The notes beneath the pieces are model-generated. The model saw nothing but the letters and a program-made list of their open reading frames with translations, did not search any database and was not told the DNA's origin. Source: a virus (lineage: Duplodnaviria > Heunggongvirae > Uroviricota > Caudoviricetes > Schitoviridae). Taken from it: DNA of 64,000 nucleotides. The stretch is from IMG/VR virus record IMGVR_UViG_2974642717_000001, positions 14,146 through 78,145 of that record. One strand, written 5' to 3'. Below are positions 20,772-29,841 of this stretch, in pieces; position 1 is the stretch's first letter; each line of letters starts with the position of its first letter. The position numbers and the translations under genes are program-made.

Positions 20772-21165
20772 GTGTTTCCTTAATATGTATTTCTACTCTT
20801 GGATTGTCCTTGTCGAATCCTCCAAAAGATTGGTGTGCGTCTGTAATGTACCGCCAGTCATCGCCATCTACGTGGCCGAGTTCTACTAATGCATCTTCAA
20901 AGAACTTCTGATGTACTGAGGTATGGTTACCCAAGTCTCCCTTTCGCTTATCTTTGGAGAACCAAACATAAGTAATCTCAGGTTTAATATACTTAGGTAA
21001 CTTATCGATCTGAGGTTTCATTAATTCCTTGTAGAACTTCTTCACCTCATTCAACTCTCTGTGGTGTCCATTACGATACCAAGAAAGACTAATAGGGACA
21101 CGTTTATCCTTCTTAGTCCTTCGAGGCAGGTAAACCGCCACAGGAGCTGTGACGATATCAACCAT
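20746..21165 (-). CDS. rusA: RusA-like Holliday junction resolvase
   Basis: 139 aa. 'DLGNHTSVHQKFFEDALVELGHVDGDDWRYI' matches the RusA D-x-D-N...DAL...DD catalytic region. Confidence 0.5.
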   Translation of the reverse strand: MVDIVTAPVAVYLPRRTKKDKRVPISLSWYRNGHHRELNEVKKFYKELMKPQIDKLPKYIKPEITYVWFSKDKRKGDLGNHTSVHQKFFEDALVELGHVDGDDWRYITDAHQSFGGFDKDNPRVEIHIKETHVRDHQEP

Positions 21166-21905
21166 TAACCGAACAGGCTGCCACCAGCAGGTTTAACCGC
21201 TGCAGCTGGAGCACCAGCAGTTGGAGCACCTTTCGCTGCACCTTTAGCTTTGTTACGAACTTCGCCACGGTTCTTCTCTTCCCATGCAGTCTTGAACGTA
21301 GCTTCACGTAGACCAGCTTCAGCTTCAGTCACAGTCACTTCGAACTCTTCGTGGAAAGCTTTAACAACTTCGTTGATCTCTTTAGTCTCGCCACCCGGTG
21401 CGTACGTACCGTCTGGCTGCTGAACGTTCTTATCAACGATCTGCTTCTCAACAGCAAGGATAACGCGCTGACCAATTAGATCATCGAATACTTCACGTTG
21501 CTGAGGCACTTCTTTACGTTGAGTAAAGTCGTAGATACCTACTGCACGAGACTCAGTATCTTGCTCGAACAACGGAGTATCTGTTGCTAGTACACAGATA
21601 TCGTCTACTAGGCTGTAACCCGGTAGTGGACGCTGCTTACCGCTACGCTTATCTTCGTAGTAGTGCTTGTTGCCTTTAGCATCACCAGACGTTACCCATT
21701 GCTGAGAACGTAGCTTCTTACCATTGTCATCTTCTAGGTCGAAGTTAACACTCATTGCACCACCTTTAGAGTAGTCAACGTAAGCCATCTTGATTGTCAC
21801 TGGGTATGTATCCGTATCCCATGGACCGAAGCCACCACCACCAAGTGAATCTGTTGCTTTCTCAATTACTACTGAATCTGCTTTTAGTTTGTCAAAAATA
21901 CCCAT
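21165..21905 (-). CDS. ssb: single-stranded DNA-binding protein (N4 gp45-like), putative
   Basis: 246 aa; Gly/Ala/Pro-rich flexible C-terminal tail ending GGSLFG; synteny next to RusA and convergent with vRNAP as in N4. Confidence 0.45.
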   Translation of the reverse strand: MGIFDKLKADSVVIEKATDSLGGGGFGPWDTDTYPVTIKMAYVDYSKGGAMSVNFDLEDDNGKKLRSQQWVTSGDAKGNKHYYEDKRSGKQRPLPGYSLVDDICVLATDTPLFEQDTESRAVGIYDFTQRKEVPQQREVFDDLIGQRVILAVEKQIVDKNVQQPDGTYAPGGETKEINEVVKAFHEEFEVTVTEAEAGLREATFKTAWEEKNRGEVRNKAKGAAKGAPTAGAPAAAVKPAGGSLFG

Positions 21906-21971
21906 AGTTTATATCTCTCTTTGTTTTGGGGGGACACCTGTCCCCATTTAATTAATTAGTTTGGTTTACGC

Positions 21972-22697
21972 TTATGCGTAGTATTCTTCTAGTCGCGCAA
22001 GGACTTTGGCACAATCGTTATCGATGTAGATCTCTTTTGGACCCCACATGCCCATTGGGCTACGAATGCGCTCCTTAACTGTCTTCTTGGTTAACTGAAC
22101 TTGGAATACGTGTTTGAAGCCTAGTGCTTCTTCTTGAGGTGTGATCGTTAACAAGTCGCTCTCATTATCTTTAAGATCTTTGAGCTGGACTTTCTTAGCC
22201 GCCACAACAGTTGAGAAGTAAGCTTCTACGCCTTGGTTCATGATAGAACCTTTAACTTTTACACAAGTCTCTAGGATTGCATCTTCTGTCATCACGTCTG
22301 TAACGTGCGCTAGGAAGATAACGTTCTTAGTAGACTTAGCTACGTGCTGTTGCATCAAACGCTTAAAGTATTGTGCGTAGTCGCCCCATGCCTTCATAGT
22401 GTTTGCTGAATTAAGTACGTATAGTGATTCGTATTGATCCATCAAGAAGCTTAATGTATCGATTACGATCGTATGAATCTCTGGCATCGCCTCTGCCGCC
22501 GCAAAGCCTTCTTCGACTTGCATCGGATCAACGATCTTAAATTCTTTGAACTTGCTGCGAAACGGTAATTTCTTACCAGCCTCTGTACCTAGGTACATCA
22601 CCCCTTCAGGGTTAGGCATGTTCATTAGTGAAGCTGATTTACCTGCACCGGATTTACCACCGACGAGGAATAATTGGTCATTTACGTCATTTGACAT
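21972..22697 (-). CDS. P-loop ATPase, RecA-fold (Sak4/AAA_24-like)
   Basis: Walker A 'VGGKSGAGKS' near the N-terminus and a 'VIDTLSFL' Walker-B-like strand; 241 aa. Confidence 0.55.
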   Translation of the reverse strand: MSNDVNDQLFLVGGKSGAGKSASLMNMPNPEGVMYLGTEAGKKLPFRSKFKEFKIVDPMQVEEGFAAAEAMPEIHTIVIDTLSFLMDQYESLYVLNSANTMKAWGDYAQYFKRLMQQHVAKSTKNVIFLAHVTDVMTEDAILETCVKVKGSIMNQGVEAYFSTVVAAKKVQLKDLKDNESDLLTITPQEEALGFKHVFQVQLTKKTVKERIRSPMGMWGPKEIYIDNDCAKVLARLEEYYA

Positions 22698-22706
22698 GTG
22701 TGTTCC

Positions 22707-22913
22707 TTATGAGTTTGCGGGAGGATATTTCTCATAATCCTCCGCGCAGTCTTTATCGCAGAACCGCCCACCATCTGGTAGCTGTTCCTTACAGTTGAGG
22801 CAATAGCCTGTCGAAAGTTGTGACTTGGCAAGGTCTTTACGAGCTGCCTCAATTGAGTTATTCAGCTTTTCTTGCTGTAATTGCTCCGCCCTCTCTAAAT
22901 CACTTTCTCTCAC
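22707..22913 (-). CDS. DksA/TraR-family C4 zinc-finger protein
   Basis: 68 aa; CLNC...13 aa...CDKDC (Cys4) preceded by a coiled-coil helix. Confidence 0.5.
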   Translation of the reverse strand: MRESDLERAEQLQQEKLNNSIEAARKDLAKSQLSTGYCLNCKEQLPDGGRFCDKDCAEDYEKYPPANS

Positions 22914-22989
22914 GACAGCTCCTCCGCTAGGTCTTGGTCATAATCAGGAACCCAAATATCATCTAGATATTCTGAGGTCATTTGTAGCC

Positions 22990-25155
22990 TTATTTTTTGC
23001 TTAGTTTGTTACCCACCGACTTCATGATAGTCGAGTAGATCTCGGATAAATCCATGCTATCTTGCATCTTGCTGTTTAGAGCAATAACCGCATCCTGCAC
23101 TTCATCGTAGTCCTTACCTGAATCAACAAGCATTAATGCATACTTGATCATCTGGTTTGAACGATTACCTTTGCCGGTCTTCTGAATGAACCAACGTTCC
23201 AGATTATCGAGAGACTGGAGATCAGTCACACGCTTCTTCTGTTCGTCAGCTTTCGAAGACTTCGGAATGAACGGGAGTACGTCTAAAATCTCACCGTCAT
23301 TGTACTCATACTCGTGTTCATGGCTCATCCATTTACGAGGACGGTCACAAGTACCATCATCAACCTTGAACGGCAACCAATCATAAACATTCTGCATAAA
23401 CTCTTTGTAGTCCTCAGAGTTCAGCTCCAGCTTATAGTTAGTTGGGAACAGGATTCGGAATCGATCACCATGTTGAGTACCATCGTCATCCAGTAGTTGG
23501 TGACGTTTGGTTGTATAGAACAAACACTTATGATCTTTCAGAAGTAATTTAGCAGTTGCTAAACTAACGCCTTCATCCACATCAATACATACCATGTTGA
23601 ACCCGGGGATAATGTTATCGTCTGCGCGATGGCCATTAGTCAGGTGGTGCGCTACCCAGTGGATACCGTCTTCCTGAACAAGCTCGTGTAAGTCATCCCA
23701 TTTGTATACATGGTTCTGGTAATTGTAAGCTACATCCGTAGACATAGAGAATATCATCTCGTCAAGGTTCGTTTCATCCAGCGAATCTGCTGAGAAAAAC
23801 TCGATACCATCTACAAATGACTTCTTAATTACAATGTTGTTCTTATAGCCCCAAGCCGTTGCTAAGTTCATCTGCTCGTTCTTGAACGCAGCAGAGCCTT
23901 TGAACGTAGGTACATCTTCCAGCAAGTCAGCATATGTAACATCTGAACCCACATCAGCTAAGTACTTAGCAAGTTTGACATGGGGCTTATCACGCTTCAG
24001 CAATTCCTGGAGGGCATCCCCAGATTCTTCAACCAATTTGACTGCTTCTTCGAAGTGATTAGACTTGATGTTATGCGATCCATCTATGAATGCGTACGTG
24101 CCTGCGAGTTTAAGAGCTTTGAAGTAACGGTGTGTCATTTCAGCTCGTGCAATAGATTGCATCTCAGGCATCATCCCTGCGCGTTGAGCACAGCGCATTT
24201 CATATTCGATGATCTGGAGTGTTACCGCTTGGTCTACCAGCAGCTTCTTACCGTGATTCTGAGGCTCAGCGATCTTTTCGAGTTGGTCTGCAACATCTGA
24301 AAGGAACTTGCTGTTATTGCCGTCAGTACGACGCTTAAGAATCTCAGCTGGGTCTAGTGTTAACATGTCGTTAGTGTGGTTCTTAACAAACCCGAACAGG
24401 CAGCGACGAGCATAACCCGTAGACAGGAACGAGTAGAACTCTTCCTCAGTTTTACCGCCATCGAACAGTTTGTCAGGAGTACCAAACAACATCATGTTAG
24501 TGGGTGTACATCCGTCAATATCTTCCGAACGTACATTCTCCACAGTATTTTTAATGAGCTTTGGTTTAGTCTTACCCACATCGTATAACTCAAGGAACGA
24601 GTTAAGCACATCTGTGTTAGCGATAAGGTTAGAACCAATCTCATCCATCTCTAGGTTTACCGCACCCGTCTTGGCCATCAGTAACTTGTGGCGCATCTGC
24701 TTAACAGCAGGGGCAGTACCTTCAGAGAAAGAGAAAACGAATTTACCGAGTTTCGTAAACTCAATGTTTACATCTTCTCGTTCCTTATCAGGATCAGTGC
24801 CTTTCGTTGCCGCACGTTCCATAGCTAAGTCTTTTAGAGACTGTTCGCCAATGATAGGGAGGGTGTTCTTAAGAAAGAAATCCTTAAACTTGTGGATTAC
24901 TTGTGTTTCGATCAGGTTAGTAGAGTAGCCTTTACTAAAGCCTGATGGCGCCAAGTTAATGGCGTACATGTTGATAGGGATAGTGCCACGGTCCATTGTC
25001 TGAATCTCGGGCCTCATAGTCCCTACCACCTTAGCAAGGTAGTAAGCTATGAGTACCCGAAAAAAGAGAGGGTTATCTGATTGTGTCTTGTTACACAAAA
25101 CACTAACCAGCTTCTCCGACAAAGGATTGTGAACCATATCTTCAAATGGTTTCAT
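22990..25155 (-). CDS. DNA primase (prim-pol/PriCT-like C-terminal domain), putative
   Basis: 721 aa. C-terminal 'VCIDVDEG...YTTKRH...DRFRILFP' resembles the AEP prim-pol DxD / H / R motifs plus a PriCT-like helical tail. Confidence 0.45.
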   Translation of the reverse strand: MKPFEDMVHNPLSEKLVSVLCNKTQSDNPLFFRVLIAYYLAKVVGTMRPEIQTMDRGTIPINMYAINLAPSGFSKGYSTNLIETQVIHKFKDFFLKNTLPIIGEQSLKDLAMERAATKGTDPDKEREDVNIEFTKLGKFVFSFSEGTAPAVKQMRHKLLMAKTGAVNLEMDEIGSNLIANTDVLNSFLELYDVGKTKPKLIKNTVENVRSEDIDGCTPTNMMLFGTPDKLFDGGKTEEEFYSFLSTGYARRCLFGFVKNHTNDMLTLDPAEILKRRTDGNNSKFLSDVADQLEKIAEPQNHGKKLLVDQAVTLQIIEYEMRCAQRAGMMPEMQSIARAEMTHRYFKALKLAGTYAFIDGSHNIKSNHFEEAVKLVEESGDALQELLKRDKPHVKLAKYLADVGSDVTYADLLEDVPTFKGSAAFKNEQMNLATAWGYKNNIVIKKSFVDGIEFFSADSLDETNLDEMIFSMSTDVAYNYQNHVYKWDDLHELVQEDGIHWVAHHLTNGHRADDNIIPGFNMVCIDVDEGVSLATAKLLLKDHKCLFYTTKRHQLLDDDGTQHGDRFRILFPTNYKLELNSEDYKEFMQNVYDWLPFKVDDGTCDRPRKWMSHEHEYEYNDGEILDVLPFIPKSSKADEQKKRVTDLQSLDNLERWFIQKTGKGNRSNQMIKYALMLVDSGKDYDEVQDAVIALNSKMQDSMDLSEIYSTIMKSVGNKLSKK

Positions 25156-25166
25156 TCAATCTCCTC

Positions 25167-26042
25167 TTAACCGTCAAACCAGTCTTCGTAGTTATCAGGT
25201 AGGGTGTAACCACCGAAGTGGTAGATAAATAGGGTACGAACAGAAGCAGGGAAGTCGAAGTCAGAGCCATCGATCTTATTGCTTGTGTCCAAGTAGTAGT
25301 TGAACTTGTCGTCAACCGGCTTAGGTATTTGAGTAACACCGGCAGGAACGTAAGGTGCAGTGTTCCATTTGCAACGGTATCGGCCCATAGCAGCACAGAT
25401 CATTGCTAAGTCCACGTCATCATACGTATTATCGAATAGCTTAGGTGCTAACTCGGCAATAGTAGTGCCACGCTCAGCTTTGCTGTAGCTACTAGGATTC
25501 TTATCCATACCAATGAAGTCTTCATCGCCAAGCAATGTTAACAGTTCAATCTCGCCCACCTTTTCACGGATGAGAGATTTCAGCTGTTTGTTGATCACCA
25601 TTGGTTTATTAGAGACGAGTTCGCCTTCGTAAGGACAGTCATGAACGATCAGCCCTCGTCGAAGGGGGTCGTACTGTACCTTAATTTTGTTGCCACCGAT
25701 AGGAATATCTGTCTGTCCTAGTCGTCGGTAAGAACCGAATTGATGCTTCTTATTGCCTTTCACTTCTCCCAATCCGTAATAGATTGTAGATAGTGAACTG
25801 CTAAACATCTCGATTACTGGGAATGTCTCATCCGTCAAGAGTGTCCAGTTTCGTACAGGGGAGCGAACTTCCCAGTAGTCTGTCTGAACGGCCACACCCT
25901 TCATTAACTCCAATGAGTCCAGTAGGGTTTGAATATTGTCCTTACGCATAAGAGATTCCAGTGTGACATTCAGATGGTCCAAGTTACCCGTGAGAGGGTA
26001 AAACTTCTTTCCTCTCGGTAGAGGAGTTGTTTTCATGTCCAT
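25167..26042 (-). CDS. hypothetical protein, 291 aa
   Basis: ORF in the replication operon; ATGA-type overlap with the upstream gene. Confidence 0.5.
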   Translation of the reverse strand: MDMKTTPLPRGKKFYPLTGNLDHLNVTLESLMRKDNIQTLLDSLELMKGVAVQTDYWEVRSPVRNWTLLTDETFPVIEMFSSSLSTIYYGLGEVKGNKKHQFGSYRRLGQTDIPIGGNKIKVQYDPLRRGLIVHDCPYEGELVSNKPMVINKQLKSLIREKVGEIELLTLLGDEDFIGMDKNPSSYSKAERGTTIAELAPKLFDNTYDDVDLAMICAAMGRYRCKWNTAPYVPAGVTQIPKPVDDKFNYYLDTSNKIDGSDFDFPASVRTLFIYHFGGYTLPDNYEDWFDG

Positions 26043-27025
26043 TAGATTTTTAACTCTCCAGAGTTGATATATTTATCCTTCTGGGTACATGCATTGAAAC
26101 CGGCACAGTACATACAAGCACGCGGTGGTGGCTTGATCTCTTTGACGATACCAACTGAACCATCTTGTACAAATCTAAGATTCGCTTCCTGAGGTGTATC
26201 AAACACCTTAGTAGCTCTAACCCCCTTGGGGTTCTTATAGTATTTCCACTTGGTTCCGGTACGCCAAAGTTCCTTGTCGGTACATTCGGGAAGAGCGTTC
26301 TCTGGGAGCTGAGAGTACATGTCTATCTGGCTCAACTTACGTAGAATCCAGTTTTGTGTCCAATCAACATCCTTTAACGGGAACTCCTTCTCGACCATGT
26401 CAGCAGGAGGATAATTGTTTTGTTTGGAGCTATAGCTGTTCCAATCCTTAAAGAAGAACTGAATGGCCATAACATCCTTGGTTATGATGTCAGGCATACC
26501 CCACTTATAGATACTACCCTGCATAGAGTAGTCCTCATCCTTGTTACCGGATGTGTAGGTGTAAGTACCTGTCTGTTTGAAATCTTCTAGGCGACCATCG
26601 CCACAGAAGTCGAATTGACCGGTCACAATCCAGTCGCCCAAAGGCTTATAGAAGCGTTGCTCCATATAGACCGGGATCTGGCCGGGTTCTACCTTATCAG
26701 GGTTCAACACCACCTTGTCGATAATGTTCTGAGGGTATCCCAGAGCTTCCATCGAACCTTTGTAGTTGTTAACCCAAGCACTTTCAATAGCATCGTGTAG
26801 AGCAGTACCGCCTCGTGATGCGCTCATATGAGCAATATCTACAGGCTTAGCCATGGCGGTACCATCAGCTCTGCTAGTTAAGATGATCTGTCTGGTGCTT
26901 TTGAGTAGGGTCGTAGCTGAGATGTACTTTTTCCCATCATCGGGAGGCTGCTGATATGTATCGTTAGCCAAATACACTGCTACTGACAGAGGTATGTTTC
27001 TGTCGTTGGTGTAGGTTTTTGTCAT
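26042..27025 (-). CDS. PD-(D/E)XK exonuclease, Cas4/RecB-like with C-terminal Cys cluster
   Basis: 'QFDFCGDGRLEDFKQT' (D...E.K motif) and C-terminal 'CMYCAGFNACTQ' Cys cluster typical of Fe-S Cas4/AddB-type nucleases. Confidence 0.55.
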   Translation of the reverse strand: MTKTYTNDRNIPLSVAVYLANDTYQQPPDDGKKYISATTLLKSTRQIILTSRADGTAMAKPVDIAHMSASRGGTALHDAIESAWVNNYKGSMEALGYPQNIIDKVVLNPDKVEPGQIPVYMEQRFYKPLGDWIVTGQFDFCGDGRLEDFKQTGTYTYTSGNKDEDYSMQGSIYKWGMPDIITKDVMAIQFFFKDWNSYSSKQNNYPPADMVEKEFPLKDVDWTQNWILRKLSQIDMYSQLPENALPECTDKELWRTGTKWKYYKNPKGVRATKVFDTPQEANLRFVQDGSVGIVKEIKPPPRACMYCAGFNACTQKDKYINSGELKI

Positions 27026-27037
27026 AAAACCCCCTTA

Positions 27038-28903
27038 TTATTGGTGCTTGGCTCTTAAGGTTACTTCACGTTGCTTACCTTTATTGAAAGGTCTTGCATT
27101 AGTATTCCCAAGATACCCACACACACGTTTTGTAATCTCCATACTTGTAGGGTCAACGTTGCCACAGTGACCGCACTCAAACCCATCGGAACTAGCTTTA
27201 GCATCACCTTCCCAACCACAACTGTGACACTTATCTATAGCACAGTTCTGACCATGGTAAGGGATACCTACCTCTTCAAAGGCGTATGTCCATAAGGTAT
27301 TAAGCATAATCTTACGATTGGTAAGATCTACATTAGGTACTTCCACATAACTGATATGTCCGGAGGACGCATGTTTATGGAATGGAGACTCAAAAGAAAA
27401 CTTAGTGAATGGGGATACCTGTTCCTGTACGTCTAAGTGAAAACTATTAGTATAATATCCCTTATCAGTAACATCGGGGATCTCCCCGAACTTATCAGCA
27501 TCCAAACGACAGAATCTGTCGCATAACGACTCACTAGGAGTAGAGTACAGTCCGAACTTAACGTCTGAAGTTTTATTCCACGTGTTCGTTGCTTCACGCA
27601 GTACCTTGACCACTTGCTGCTGAAACCCATATTTAGCGGTATTCTTAAGAGCTGGTTCGCTACCTAAGATGTCGCTAAGAGCTTCTGCTGCTTCGTGCAG
27701 CCCAATGTACCCTAGTGAAACGCTGGCACGGTGATTATCAAACAACTGAAAGATGTTGTCGTCTACATTCAGTCTGCCAATTGCACCACTTTGATATAGG
27801 ATAGGGGCTACTTCAGCTTTCACCCCTCTGAGCCGGTCTACACGGAAGTCTAAGGCATCTTTTGCCAAAGCAAGACGATCGTCCAGAATGTTCCAAAACT
27901 CTTCAAGAGAGTTTGCTTGGATGGCAATTCGGGGGATATTAATGCTTGCAACGCCTAGATTGTTACGGCCGTCCCAAACCTCAACACCTTCCGAATCTTT
28001 CCACTCATGGAGGAAGCTTCGGCACCCCATAGGGGCACAACCACCACCGCTTGCTCTAAGGGCAGGCATGTTTAGTACATCAGGGTAATTACGTTTAGCT
28101 GCACATTCAATAGCGAGTTCACGAATGTCATGATAGTTAGGGTCACCTTCACGAGCGTTAACACCTTCATCAATGCAGTAGACCAACTTAGGGAAGATCG
28201 CAGTTCTTTTCTGCTTACCTAATCCATCTATTCGTTGAGTTAATATACCTTTCTGAATACTCTTAGCCTGCCAAGATGTGCCTAGACCGAAACCAAACGT
28301 AACGAATGGTGTTTGACCTTGTGAAGTGAATAAGGTGTTAACCTCGTATTCCAGTCCCTGACACGCAGAGTCTACTTCTTGATGGGTCATCTTAGTAGCA
28401 TAGGCAACAGCTTTATCCCTGCTTTCGCAGTACTGCAATCCCACAGCCAAGTGCTTCTTATAGCTCTTAGCCACGTATGGGGCCAGTATCTCGTCAATGC
28501 GGTTAATAGATACACCACCATATTGGTGACATGCTACTTGCGCAATTATCTGGGCAGTTACTGCTGCTGCGGTGGCAATAGATTTAGGCGTTTCAATTTC
28601 CGCATTACCAATCGTACAACCGTTATCCAACATATCTTTAAGATTTACTAAACAACAGTTATAGAAAGGAAGGAAAGGGCTCTCATCCAGATCATGAAAA
28701 TGAATATCCCCTGAGCGGTGACCATCGTATACGTGGGCAGGTAACATCTCCGCACCCACTTCTTTTACGACTTCACCTGCTATCATGTTTTTCATAACGG
28801 GAATACGCTCACTAGCTTTATTAGCATTATTGTGCAGTAGGGCTTTATCGGCCCCACCTAATACAATCTGCTTACTGGTTTCAATAGCACTCAATATTTC
28901 CAC
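27038..28903 (-). CDS. nrdD: anaerobic ribonucleoside-triphosphate reductase (class III)
   Basis: 621 aa. C-terminal Zn ribbon 'CHSCGWEG...CGHCG' followed by glycyl-radical motif 'RVCGYLG'. Confidence 0.85.
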   Translation of the reverse strand: MEILSAIETSKQIVLGGADKALLHNNANKASERIPVMKNMIAGEVVKEVGAEMLPAHVYDGHRSGDIHFHDLDESPFLPFYNCCLVNLKDMLDNGCTIGNAEIETPKSIATAAAVTAQIIAQVACHQYGGVSINRIDEILAPYVAKSYKKHLAVGLQYCESRDKAVAYATKMTHQEVDSACQGLEYEVNTLFTSQGQTPFVTFGFGLGTSWQAKSIQKGILTQRIDGLGKQKRTAIFPKLVYCIDEGVNAREGDPNYHDIRELAIECAAKRNYPDVLNMPALRASGGGCAPMGCRSFLHEWKDSEGVEVWDGRNNLGVASINIPRIAIQANSLEEFWNILDDRLALAKDALDFRVDRLRGVKAEVAPILYQSGAIGRLNVDDNIFQLFDNHRASVSLGYIGLHEAAEALSDILGSEPALKNTAKYGFQQQVVKVLREATNTWNKTSDVKFGLYSTPSESLCDRFCRLDADKFGEIPDVTDKGYYTNSFHLDVQEQVSPFTKFSFESPFHKHASSGHISYVEVPNVDLTNRKIMLNTLWTYAFEEVGIPYHGQNCAIDKCHSCGWEGDAKASSDGFECGHCGNVDPTSMEITKRVCGYLGNTNARPFNKGKQREVTLRAKHQ

Positions 28904-29841
28904 CCCCCCTTTAGACCACCAACTGAATAATCAGATACGCGTTGCTCAAAGAAGTTGGTATGACCATCCGCGAGTACCCAATCCAACCAAGGGAATGGGT
29001 TAGGCGCGTTGTATAGTTTCTCAAAGCCTAACTGTGTTAGACGATAATCGACCATATGACGTATGTATTGCTTGGTCTCATTGGCAGTAATACCTTCGAT
29101 TCCACCTAACTTAAATGCTTCGTCAATGAATGCATCTTCCAGATCTACGGCTAAAGCTGCCTTACGTTTAGCAACTTCACCTAGAACTCCCATATCCACA
29201 TTGGATTCAGTAGCATATGTACGGAATAACTGTGACATTCCTTCTACGTGTGCTGACTCATCCCGTAAAGACCACTCGGTGATCTTACTTAGTCCAAGCA
29301 ACTTACCATAGCGTTGGAAGTTCAATAGCATAACGAATGACCCAAATAGTGATACACCTTCATTCAGTACTGTCTGGATAACAGACTCGCACGCTTTAAG
29401 ATCACTACTCATATCGACCGTAGTCATATTATCAACCTTGTTAGCCATTTCTTCATACTCTAAAAATTCAGAGTATATGGTTTCAGGCATACCAAGAGTA
29501 TCAGTGAATAGTGCATAGGCACGTTGGTGAATACCCTCACGAGCTGCGAAAGATCCCATCATGTTACGTAATTCATTATTCTTGAAGTACGGGATGAAAT
29601 GTTCATAGTAGCACTGCCCTACCTCAGTATCCGACTGCGTAAACAATCGCATAATTTGCAGAACAAACGCTTTCTCTTCAGAAGTAATCTTGTCTGAGTT
29701 CCATTGAGCGACATCGTCACCCAATTCAATTTCATGTTCAGTCCAGTGGATCTGCTCATGTTCTTCTGCCATTTTCATGGCCCAAGGGTATCGGAATGGT
29801 TTATACGTCCCTGAATATTCTACGCATGACATTGTGTACAC
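28891..29841 (-). CDS. nrdB: ribonucleotide reductase class I small subunit (R2)
   Basis: Di-iron/tyrosyl motifs: 'AAREGIHQRAYA' (E-x-x-H + Tyr) and 'RDESAHVEG' (second E-x-x-H). Confidence 0.85.
   Translation of the reverse strand: MYTMSCVEYSGTYKPFRYPWAMKMAEEHEQIHWTEHEIELGDDVAQWNSDKITSEEKAFVLQIMRLFTQSDTEVGQCYYEHFIPYFKNNELRNMMGSFAAREGIHQRAYALFTDTLGMPETIYSEFLEYEEMANKVDNMTTVDMSSDLKACESVIQTVLNEGVSLFGSFVMLLNFQRYGKLLGLSKITEWSLRDESAHVEGMSQLFRTYATESNVDMGVLGEVAKRKAALAVDLEDAFIDEAFKLGGIEGITANETKQYIRHMVDYRLTQLGFEKLYNAPNPFPWLDWVLADGHTNFFEQRVSDYSVGGLKGGWKY

Noticed and set aside
23186-24928. +-strand ORFs within the primase gene (23186..23386, 23314..23496, 23980..24300, 24376..24588, 24470..24928)
   Set aside because: Antisense to a 721-aa gene with recognisable primase motifs; no start signals.
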